Positions 56,992-64,000 of a stretch of DNA of 64,000 nucleotides are shown here, piece by piece; position 1 is the stretch's first letter; each line of letters starts with the position of its first letter. Under the pieces are notes generated by a model. It worked only from the letters and a program-made list of their open reading frames with translations, ran no database searches and was not told the DNA's origin. The translations under genes were made by a program, and so were the position numbers. Origin of the DNA: Candidatus Doudnabacteria bacterium (GTDB taxonomy: Bacteria > Patescibacteriota > Doudnabacteria > UBA920 > O2-02-FULL-48-8). The stretch lies in NCBI GenBank assembly GCA_039931165.1, contig JBDTSL010000001.1, positions 66,214-130,213 on the forward strand, in the 5' to 3' direction.

Positions 56992-57363
56992 TTATATTAC
57001 CTCTTCCGCCAGTGAAATTATCTTAGTGAAACCCATATCACGCAATTCGCGGGGAATCGGCCCAAAAATACGCGTACCGCGCGGTTCCTGGCTGTCCTTG
57101 CTGACAAGCACAGCGGCGTTATCGTCAAAACGGATATAAGAACCATCCGCGCGTCGGACCTCTTTATGGGTACGCACGATCACAGCATAAACTTTCTCGC
57201 CTTTTTTCACTTGGCCCTTAGGGCTGGCGATCTTTACTGAAGCTACGATCACATCACCCAAACCAGCGAAACGACGTTTATTTTTTCCATTCACGCTGAA
57301 AGCCGCGATTTCTTTCGCGCCAGTGTTATCCGCAACTTTTAATCTGGTTCTTAACTGTATCAT
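56992..57363 (-). CDS. rplN: 50S ribosomal protein L14
   Basis: Family similarity. Confidence 0.95.
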   Translation of the reverse strand: MIQLRTRLKVADNTGAKEIAAFSVNGKNKRRFAGLGDVIVASVKIASPKGQVKKGEKVYAVIVRTHKEVRRADGSYIRFDDNAAVLVSKDSQEPRGTRIFGPIPRELRDMGFTKIISLAEEVI

Positions 57364-57431
57364 AAGGGTGGAATATAGAATATGGAATGTGGATTATGGA
57401 TTTTTAAATCCTATATTCCAAATTCTAAATT

Positions 57432-57668
57432 CTACATTCTATTAATTACTTTCCAGCTAACTGTCTTACTATAGGGCTTTGATTCTTCGATTACAACTTT
57501 GTCGCCAACGGAGAATTCCGTATCAGCGTGAGCCGGAAATTTTTTGAAAACCTTATAGCGCTTGTGATATTTCGGGTGGACTTTTACAATTTCAACCTTA
57601 ACTACCACAGTCTTGTTCATCTTGTTGGAGGTTACGGTGCCGGTTAATTTTCTCTTGATAGTTTCCAT
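57432..57668 (-). CDS. rpsQ: 30S ribosomal protein S17
   Basis: Family similarity. Confidence 0.9.
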   Translation of the reverse strand: METIKRKLTGTVTSNKMNKTVVVKVEIVKVHPKYHKRYKVFKKFPAHADTEFSVGDKVVIEESKPYSKTVSWKVINRM

Positions 57669-57670
57669 GA

Positions 57671-57853
57671 TTACTGTTCGTTGATTAAGGTTAAAATCCG
57701 GGCGATGTCGCGCTTGACCACTTTCAAACTATGCGTATTCTTCACTTCCCTGGAATGAAGCTTAAAAGCTAGATCACGCAGCTGTTCGCGCATCGTGGCC
57801 AGCTGCCTGACCTGTTCCGCCCGATTCATAGTTTTTAGTTCTTTAAACTTCAT
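57671..57853 (-). CDS. rpmC: 50S ribosomal protein L29
   Basis: Family similarity; 60 aa. Confidence 0.85.
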   Translation of the reverse strand: MKFKELKTMNRAEQVRQLATMREQLRDLAFKLHSREVKNTHSLKVVKRDIARILTLINEQ

Positions 57854-57858
57854 AAAAA

Positions 57859-58272
57859 TTAAATCTGATCCCTTAACACAAATCTGGTCTTGATCGGCAA
57901 TTTATGAGAGGCCAGCCTCATGGCTTCTGCCGCCTGCTCCGCAGTTACGCCGTCCATTTCAAACAGTACGCGTCCTTTTTGGACCACAGCCACAAAGTGG
58001 TCGACAGCGCCTTTTCCGCCGCCCATGGGCGATTCATTGCCGTGGGAAGTGATCGGCTTATCAGGAAAAATTCGGATCCAAACTTTACCGCCGCGCTGAA
58101 TATAGCGGGTCATGGCGCGCCTGGCAGCTTCGATCTGCCGGCTGGTGACCCAGCTATTTTCCATGGCCTTCAGGCCGAAGCTTCCGAATGCCACGAAATT
58201 GCCCGACATGGCTTTGCCGCTGGACCGTCCGCGATGATGCTTTCTATGTTTTACTTTTTTGGGAATTAACAT
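57859..58272 (-). CDS. rplP: 50S ribosomal protein L16
   Basis: Family similarity. Confidence 0.95.
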   Translation of the reverse strand: MLIPKKVKHRKHHRGRSSGKAMSGNFVAFGSFGLKAMENSWVTSRQIEAARRAMTRYIQRGGKVWIRIFPDKPITSHGNESPMGGGKGAVDHFVAVVQKGRVLFEMDGVTAEQAAEAMRLASHKLPIKTRFVLRDQI

Positions 58273-58279
58273 ATATTAA

Positions 58280-58939
58280 TTAAATTTTCAGCTTAGCTTT
58301 GCCGCCAGCGAAGACTTCCCCTTTATTGATCCAGACTTTCACCCCGATCGTGCCGTAAGTGGTAAACGCCGTGGCGCGGGCAAAATCAATGTTGGCTCTC
58401 AGGGTATGCAACGGCAGTTTTCCTTTGAACAATCTTTCGCTTCTGGCGATCTCTGCACCTCCCAGACGCCCGGCGCATTCGATTTTGACGCCCAACGCTC
58501 CGGCTTCCATGACCTGCTCGATCGAGCCTTTCATGGCGCGCCTGAAAGCAATGCGCTTTTCGATCTGGTCCACGATGTTTTGCGCGACCACCTGGGACTG
58601 CAAATTTACTTCCTTGACTTCCTCAATATTGATCTTCAGGTCAAGCTTCTTCAGTCCCAAATTTTTCAAGATCTTTTTCTTCAGATCTTCAATTCCAGCG
58701 CCGCCTTTACCGATGATCATCCCTGGTTTGGTGGTTTTCACTGTCACCACGAGATTTTGGCCGAAACGCTCGATATCAACGCGGACCAAGCCCGCTTTGC
58801 GCAGCTCATGCATCAAGAAGGCCCGGATCCTGGTATCCTGCTCAAGCCAAGCCGCAAAACCGGTTTTGGAAAGCCATTTCGACTTCCAAGTATCGGTAAT
58901 GTTCAGTCTTAAACTGCTGGCGTTTATCTTATTTCCCAT
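58280..58939 (-). CDS. rpsC: 30S ribosomal protein S3
   Basis: KH domain (GKGGAGIEDL) and C-terminal domain. Confidence 0.95.
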   Translation of the reverse strand: MGNKINASSLRLNITDTWKSKWLSKTGFAAWLEQDTRIRAFLMHELRKAGLVRVDIERFGQNLVVTVKTTKPGMIIGKGGAGIEDLKKKILKNLGLKKLDLKINIEEVKEVNLQSQVVAQNIVDQIEKRIAFRRAMKGSIEQVMEAGALGVKIECAGRLGGAEIARSERLFKGKLPLHTLRANIDFARATAFTTYGTIGVKVWINKGEVFAGGKAKLKI

Positions 58940-58943
58940 AAAA

Positions 58944-59528
58944 TTAAGGCCCGCTTCTCCGGTTGAATAATCGTCTCTTCAAATTAACCAAATTCTGCTT
59001 GATCTTCTGGCTGGACCTCGGCGCCTGCGCCGGTTTTACTTTATTCGCGGCTACTTCACCCGCTTTTGGTTCCACGATCCCGGCTTTATGCTCGGCTTCT
59101 TTGTTTATTTTCTCATCCGCGGTAAGCTTCGGCCTGATAGCAAAAATTGAGCGGGTTTTCTTATTTGTCCGTTCACGTATTCCCAAAACTACATTAATAT
59201 GGCTGGTTCTTTTCCGCTCCACGAAAGCGCGTCCCTGCGCTCTTGGCGCATAGCTTTTGAAAACCGGTCCCTGGTCTATCGTCACAGCTTTCACATACAA
59301 ATTTTCTTTCTTCATTTCAAAATTATGCACCGCATTGGCCACTGCCGAGTTTATGGCTTTGGCCAGAGGCTCTGCAGCATTTTTTGAAGAAAAGCGAAGC
59401 TGTTCCAGTGCGGTGTCAACCGGAGTTTGGCGGATCAAATTCGCCACCAGACGCAGTTTTTGCGGAGAGACGTGGATGTAGCGGGCGAATGCCTTAACCT
59501 CTATAACTTTTGATTTATCGATTGCCAT
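58944..59528 (-). CDS. rplV: 50S ribosomal protein L22 with a ~80-aa basic C-terminal extension
   Basis: Core L22 in the first ~115 aa, then a Lys/Ala-rich tail. Confidence 0.85.
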   Translation of the reverse strand: MAIDKSKVIEVKAFARYIHVSPQKLRLVANLIRQTPVDTALEQLRFSSKNAAEPLAKAINSAVANAVHNFEMKKENLYVKAVTIDQGPVFKSYAPRAQGRAFVERKRTSHINVVLGIRERTNKKTRSIFAIRPKLTADEKINKEAEHKAGIVEPKAGEVAANKVKPAQAPRSSQKIKQNLVNLKRRLFNRRSGP

Positions 59529-59530
59529 AT

Positions 59531-59875
59531 TTATTTTTTCGCCCCTTCAGCCGGTGCCTTAGCCGCTTCCAATGTCCGCTTCTCGGCTTCCTGGGCCGCG
59601 ATGGCTTCATCTTTCGCCATACGTCCGCCGTGGCGGTTAAATTTACGTGATGGAGAAAATTCGCCTAATTTGTGCCCGACCATATTTTCGGAGCAGTTCA
59701 CGGTAATAAAATTCTTGCCATTGTGGACGAGAAAAGTCAGCCCGACCATTTCCGGGAAAATTGTGGAATCCCTGCTCCAGGTCTTGATCTCTCCCTTTTG
59801 GCCAGGTTTAACCTTCTGGATCTTCTCCAGCAATTTCGGGTCTATAAACGGTCCTTTTTTCAGTGATCGTGACAT
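59531..59875 (-). CDS. rpsS: 30S ribosomal protein S19 with a short C-terminal extension
   Basis: Family similarity. Confidence 0.9.
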   Translation of the reverse strand: MSRSLKKGPFIDPKLLEKIQKVKPGQKGEIKTWSRDSTIFPEMVGLTFLVHNGKNFITVNCSENMVGHKLGEFSPSRKFNRHGGRMAKDEAIAAQEAEKRTLEAAKAPAEGAKK

Positions 59876-59939
59876 AAATTAGTTAAGATTCTTATCAACC
59901 AACAAAATTCCAATTGTAGCGACAAAAATCTTTTTCATA

Positions 59940-60770
59940 TTATTTCCTTCGCTTTACTATAAACTTGCTCGATGCTCTCTTCGGGTCGCGGGTTTTCACG
60001 CCCAAAGCATGCTTGCCCCATGGGGTTTTCGGATATTTCAACCCAATTGGGTTATGTCCTTCACCTCCGCCGTGCGGATGGTCGATCGGGTTCATGGCTT
60101 TGCCTCTGACAGATGGGCGGATGCCGCGGTGTCGCTGACGGCCAGCCTTACCGATTCTAACATACATCCAGTCAATATTGGAAACCTGTCCAATCGTGCC
60201 ATAGGCCTTGACCGGCACTTTGCGCAGTTCGCCTGAAGGAAGTTTCAAGGTCGTATACTCCGGTTCTTGCGCGGCAATGATGGCATATGTACCCGCACTG
60301 CGGGCAATCTGCCCGCCTGAATTGCCCAAAATCTCTATAGCATGGACGTTTGTGCCGATGGGAACGTTCTTCAGCATCATGCGGTTACCGGACTTCAGTT
60401 CGGCGCGTTCTGAGGTCAGTAAAATTTCCCCTACTTTCACGCCATCGGGAGCCAAAATATACCGTCTTTCACCGTCCTTGTAAGCCAAAAGAGAAATAAA
60501 AGCGCTTCGTCCGGGATCGTATTCCAAAGTTTGAACTTTAGCCGGTATATCGAGTTTGTCTCGCTTAAAATCAATCAATCTGGAGATTTGTTTATGGCCT
60601 CCGCCCTGATGGCGGATTGTGATCTTACCTTGATTGTTGCGACCTGCCGTGCGGCCGAAAGACTTCATCGAAGGCTTATGGGGCTTTACATTTTTCGTCA
60701 AAACCGAATAATCGGTCACCGAGTGGATGCGCCGACCTGCGGAAGTTGGTTTGTAAATTTTGATCGCCAT
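59940..60770 (-). CDS. rplB: 50S ribosomal protein L2
   Basis: Family similarity. Confidence 0.95.
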   Translation of the reverse strand: MAIKIYKPTSAGRRIHSVTDYSVLTKNVKPHKPSMKSFGRTAGRNNQGKITIRHQGGGHKQISRLIDFKRDKLDIPAKVQTLEYDPGRSAFISLLAYKDGERRYILAPDGVKVGEILLTSERAELKSGNRMMLKNVPIGTNVHAIEILGNSGGQIARSAGTYAIIAAQEPEYTTLKLPSGELRKVPVKAYGTIGQVSNIDWMYVRIGKAGRQRHRGIRPSVRGKAMNPIDHPHGGGEGHNPIGLKYPKTPWGKHALGVKTRDPKRASSKFIVKRRK

Positions 60771-60771
60771 A

Positions 60772-61224
60772 TTAGACTCCTTCGCTCAATCCTGCGATCC
60801 GCTCGCCTGACTTTAATGTTACGATCGCTTTCTTCCAATCCTGGGTCCGGCCTACTGATTTTCCTTGTCGACGGTTTTTACCTGAGACATTAATCATATT
60901 GACCGCCATAACGTGCACATCATATACTGCCTCGATCGCTTTTTTTACTTCGATCTTATTAGTAGATTTGGCGACTTTGAATACATAGCGGCCTATGGCT
61001 GAAAGCTGGTTGGTTTTTTCCGACAAATGATGGCGAAGCAGGATATGGTGGGCCCGGCCGGTGTTTTCCTTAAGAATTGCTTTTTGTTCAGCAGTTTTTT
61101 CCTCAGCCGGTTCTTTGACCATATCTAAAACATTCTCTTCCTTAGGAGCTTTTTTTCCGGCGGAGCCGGATCCGGCTTTGCCGGACTTTTCATCTTTCTG
61201 TTTAAATCTGTCTAGGATTCCCAT
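60772..61224 (-). CDS. rplW: 50S ribosomal protein L23, possibly with an N-terminal ~50-aa extension
   Basis: The L23 core begins near HHILLRHHLSEKTN. The true start is uncertain; an internal Met is possible. Confidence 0.8.
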   Translation of the reverse strand: MGILDRFKQKDEKSGKAGSGSAGKKAPKEENVLDMVKEPAEEKTAEQKAILKENTGRAHHILLRHHLSEKTNQLSAIGRYVFKVAKSTNKIEVKKAIEAVYDVHVMAVNMINVSGKNRRQGKSVGRTQDWKKAIVTLKSGERIAGLSEGV

Positions 61225-61248
61225 ATTCTATATTCCAAATTCTATATT

Positions 61249-61887
61249 CTACTTTAAATATGTCTTCTCGATCACCGGCAGGGCGTCTTTCAAAATCATT
61301 GTATCGTGATTCAATAAATCCAGAACATTCAGCTGGTTGGCCGGCAAAATCTTGACATGCTTTAGGTTTCTGGCGGCGCGAACCAAATCTTGATTGTGAG
61401 TCGATAAAACCAATATATATTTCTCACCCAAACCGGCCTTGGTGGCAAGTATTGCCAGTTTGACGGCCAAATCTTTGGTTTTGGCCGTCGTATCAAAACT
61501 TTCAACGATAACCAATTTATGATTATTGACCTTGTCGGTTAAAATGCTGAATAACGCTTTTCTTACTGCCGACTTATTCATTTTAAGCGACCAATTACGG
61601 GCAGAAGTCGGACCAAATGTAATTCCTCCATGCCGCCAAAGCGGCGAGCGGACCGATCCCGCGCGGGCGCGTCCGGTGCCTTTTTGCTTCCAGGGTTTTT
61701 TGCCCGAGCCGGCAACTTCCCCTCGATTTTTCGTATGGGCGATCGAAGGACGGGCGTTGTTTCTCTGCGTCCTGACCGCGGCGTGGACGAGGCTGGCGTC
61801 GATTCTATCAATGCCAAAAATCTTCGGGTTCAGGTCAAGTTCCGTGACTATTTCGCCTGTTTGATTGTAGACTGCTGTCTTGGTCAT
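61249..61887 (-). CDS. rplD: 50S ribosomal protein L4
   Basis: Family similarity. Confidence 0.9.
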   Translation of the reverse strand: MTKTAVYNQTGEIVTELDLNPKIFGIDRIDASLVHAAVRTQRNNARPSIAHTKNRGEVAGSGKKPWKQKGTGRARAGSVRSPLWRHGGITFGPTSARNWSLKMNKSAVRKALFSILTDKVNNHKLVIVESFDTTAKTKDLAVKLAILATKAGLGEKYILVLSTHNQDLVRAARNLKHVKILPANQLNVLDLLNHDTMILKDALPVIEKTYLK

Positions 61888-61888
61888 G

Positions 61889-62491
61889 TTAGTTTAATTT
61901 GGAAACAATATCTGGGTAATCCGTAAAGATTCCATCAACACCATAATTTTTTAACCGATAGAATTCTTCAGGAGTATTAATTGTGTATACATATACTCTC
62001 CAGCCCAATTCCCTAAATTTGGACATCCGATTTTCATTGACCAATTCCGGCGTGACCGAGATGGAAAAAATATTTACCTTTTTTAAAAAACTTATTACCA
62101 ATGGAAGGAGAATTCCGTATCGGGTGGCAATCACCAGACCTAGTTGGATATTTCCGTCCAAAGCCCTGATCTTCTTTAATACTAGTGGGTTCCAAGAAGT
62201 GATCAAAACCTTGTGCGCAAATCCTTTTATTGACTCTAAAACCTCGTTTTCAAACCCGCTTTCCTTGATCTCCAAATCCAGGGGCAAGGTTGCCATATGC
62301 AGTAGTTCGTCCAAACCCGTTGAATCGGAATAATCGTTTTTGCGATCATGCGATAAAACTATTTTACCGTCGGAGGTGCGTCGCAAATCGCATTCAAGCA
62401 TTTGCGCGCCGCTATCCTGAGCTTTTTTAAAAGAACGAATCGTATTCTCCGGCTCCAACCCCGCTGCTCCCCGATGCCCGATGATCAGCAT
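61889..62491 (-). CDS. Glycerophosphodiester phosphodiesterase-family protein (GDPD) embedded in the S10 operon
   Basis: IIGHRGAAGLEPENT (HR(G) GDPD motif) and the E..D metal ligands; 200 aa. Confidence 0.7.
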   Translation of the reverse strand: MLIIGHRGAAGLEPENTIRSFKKAQDSGAQMLECDLRRTSDGKIVLSHDRKNDYSDSTGLDELLHMATLPLDLEIKESGFENEVLESIKGFAHKVLITSWNPLVLKKIRALDGNIQLGLVIATRYGILLPLVISFLKKVNIFSISVTPELVNENRMSKFRELGWRVYVYTINTPEEFYRLKNYGVDGIFTDYPDIVSKLN

Positions 62492-62641
62492 ATACCCTCA
62501 CACCAAACGAGTTTAATTGCCCTGTTTGATAACATATTCGAGATTATTTAGTTTATTAAGTTAACTGCTTTTAAATAACCAATCCCGAATCGTATTTTTT
62601 ATCTAAAAAATACAATTCGAAACTCGTTCTGGTGTAGGGGT
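62492..62641. repeat. MITE/Correia-like element, copy 4 (diverged interior; TIRs kept with compensatory changes)
   Basis: Exactly fills the rplC stop (TTA at 62642) to the GDPD start (CAT at 62489-62491). TIRs are ACCCTCACACCAAACGAGTTT / AAACTCGTTCTGGTGTAGGGGT. Confidence 0.65.
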
Positions 62642-63244
62642 TTAGACAGCCTGAATCTTTACGATCCCGCCATTGGCCCCGGGTACTGCTCCCTTCACAG
62701 CGATAAGATTGCGCTTTACATCCACATCAACAACTTCCAAATTGGTAACTGTCCGCACTCCGCCCATTCTTCCGGCCATACGCAAGCCTTTTCTGACATG
62801 CTGTGGAAATCGTCCGCCGATGGCCCCTACCGCTCTTGGATGATCATGGCCGTGGGATGCCGGAGCTCCTTTAAATCCGTAACGCTTGATCGGGCCTGCG
62901 AATCCCCGCCCTTTCATTTCCGCAGTAACTTTAACCTTGTCGCCGACCATAAAAGCATCGACTTTGATCTCCTGGCCGGGCATAAACACGTCTTTGGCGT
63001 CAGTCCGGAATTCCGTCAGATTCATAAGCGCACCTGCAATTTTCCCATGGCCGAGTTCAGCCTGATTTGGTTTTGTTTTCTTGCCGAATCCGACCTGTAC
63101 CGCTGAGTACTTGTCTTTTGCCATGGTCTTGACCTGGACAACTTTTATCGGGCCTGCCTTAAGGATGGTCACAGGCACGACTTTGCCGTCTTTGGCGAAC
63201 ATTTGCGACATATTCAGTTTTTCGGCAAGGATAAACTTGGTCAT
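62642..63244 (-). CDS. rplC: 50S ribosomal protein L3
   Basis: Family similarity. Confidence 0.95.
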   Translation of the reverse strand: MTKFILAEKLNMSQMFAKDGKVVPVTILKAGPIKVVQVKTMAKDKYSAVQVGFGKKTKPNQAELGHGKIAGALMNLTEFRTDAKDVFMPGQEIKVDAFMVGDKVKVTAEMKGRGFAGPIKRYGFKGAPASHGHDHPRAVGAIGGRFPQHVRKGLRMAGRMGGVRTVTNLEVVDVDVKRNLIAVKGAVPGANGGIVKIQAV

Positions 63245-63396
63245 AATTTTGGCTAAAGAAAAGCCGCTTAGATCTCGGAAAGCTTCAGAAACCTAAGCGG
63301 TTCTTCTTTCGTGATCGTCGTTGTCCTTTCGGACCTGCACAATCTTAACTATTGATTTTTTTCTATAACCTACAACCTACCACCTACAACCTGTTT

Positions 63397-63723
63397 CTAC
63401 ATCTTTATCTCGATATCGACTCCAGCCGGAAGATTGAGGTTTGATAACGCGTCTATCGTCTTCGGGGTTGGGGAAGCGATATCAACCAAACGCTTATGGA
63501 TGCGCATCTCAAACTGTTCGCGGGCGTTCTTATGCACGAACGTCGAACGGTTGACGGTATATTTCGTCTTTTCTGTCGGAAGAGGAACCGGCCCGATGAC
63601 CGCAGCGCCAGTACGCTTGGCTGTCTCTACAATCTGCTTGGCAGACTGGTCGATCAGCTTATGGTCATAAGCTCGTATCTTGATTCGAATTCTTCCTTTA
63701 TTCTCTTCGCTGTCTTGCGGCAT
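63397..63723 (-). CDS. rpsJ: 30S ribosomal protein S10
   Basis: Family similarity. Confidence 0.95.
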   Translation of the reverse strand: MPQDSEENKGRIRIKIRAYDHKLIDQSAKQIVETAKRTGAAVIGPVPLPTEKTKYTVNRSTFVHKNAREQFEMRIHKRLVDIASPTPKTIDALSNLNLPAGVDIEIKM

Positions 63724-63793
63724 TGGGTTTGTAAAGAATTAGGCTAAAGTCTTGCTTTTATTGGGTATTTACAACTTTCCGTGTAACTTGCAT

Positions 63794-63822
63794 ATATTAA
63801 AGGATTTTGGGCATTAGGTCAA
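63794..63822 (-). promoter_or_regulatory. Sigma70-like promoter of the S10 operon (TTGACC-17-TAATAT)
   Basis: The minus strand reads TTGACCtaatgcccaaaatccttTAATAT about 70 nt upstream of rpsJ. Confidence 0.45.
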
Positions 63823-63824
63823 GA

Positions 63825-63857
63825 GTAACAAAAGCCCAGCCCTCCTAAGGGCTGGGC
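63825..63857 (-). terminator. Rho-independent terminator after tuf (GCCCAGCCC-TTAGGA-GGGCTGGGC + TTTTGTT)
   Basis: 9-bp perfect GC-rich stem plus a T-run on the minus strand, 9 nt past the tuf stop. Confidence 0.8.
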
Positions 63858-63865
63858 GATCATAT

Positions 63866-64000
63866 TTACTTTGTAATCTTCAGCACCACGCCTGCCCCTA
63901 CGGTGTGTCCACCTTCGCGGATAGCAAAGCGCATCTTTTCTTCCATGGCTACCGGGGTAATCAGCTTAATATTCAGGGTAACTGTATCGCCGGGCATGAC
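63866..64000 (-). CDS. tuf: Elongation factor Tu, C-terminal 44 aa; the gene starts beyond the window end
   Basis: Minus-strand translation: [44 protein letters not shown]. Confidence 0.85.
   Translation of the reverse strand, partial: VMPGDTVTLNIKLITPVAMEEKMRFAIREGGHTVGAGVVLKITK

Noticed and set aside
53240-63390. Possibility that the tandem short repeats or the four repeat copies form a CRISPR array
   Set aside because: There is no regular repeat-spacer periodicity, the repeats are 7-nt tandems or 140-bp TIR elements separated by whole genes, and no cas genes are present.

Overview
This 64 kb window is densely packed bacterial DNA in which almost every gene lies on the minus strand. Several traits are consistent with a small-genome Patescibacteria/CPR-like organism, which is an inference from sequence only. 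The traits are an archaeal-type ProRS, a split transketolase, no L30 between S5 and L15, ribosomal proteins with extensions, a type IV pilin, and housekeeping genes that mostly lack Shine-Dalgarno sequences.

Gene content in window order, all on the minus strand unless noted:
- rdgB (partial), an HD hydrolase, lysS, alkD-like and a metalloprotease.
- msrA, an exonuclease, tspO, ywbE, greA and an Nramp (mntH).
- The cell-shape cluster mreB-mreC-mreD-mrdA.
- proS, rseP, frr, a BNR protein and holB.
- A GC-rich island with two plus-strand hypothetical genes, then about 880 bp of non-coding DNA holding a candidate structured sRNA and a large palindrome.
- A second mreB, murA and murB.
- A plus-strand PEGA protein, rnhA and recJ.
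- A glycolysis block (gpmI-eno-pgk ... gap-fba) interrupted by a tandem array of paralogous membrane-anchored proteins.
- pfkB, a pilin and a pentose-phosphate block (split tkt, rpe, rpiB, tpiA).
- galT, ruvX, htrA, map, two adenylate-kinase paralogs and secY.
- The spc/S10 ribosomal protein cluster (rplO through rpsJ), a tuf terminator and the 3' end of tuf.

The most unusual signals are:
- A four-copy, roughly 140 bp element bounded by terminal inverted repeats that exactly fills stop-to-start spacers, three of them inside the ribosomal cluster. One arm can supply an SD-like motif, and a diverged copy carries compensatory stem changes.
- A modular paralog family with a perfect 240 bp repeat and conserved WKTYTN-QYGF and ILSTFKFT module ends.
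- A promoter-and-terminator-bounded structured RNA candidate.
- GTAG-rich palindromic repeats beside both mreB paralogs.
- Several short intergenic repeat families within the ribosomal operon.
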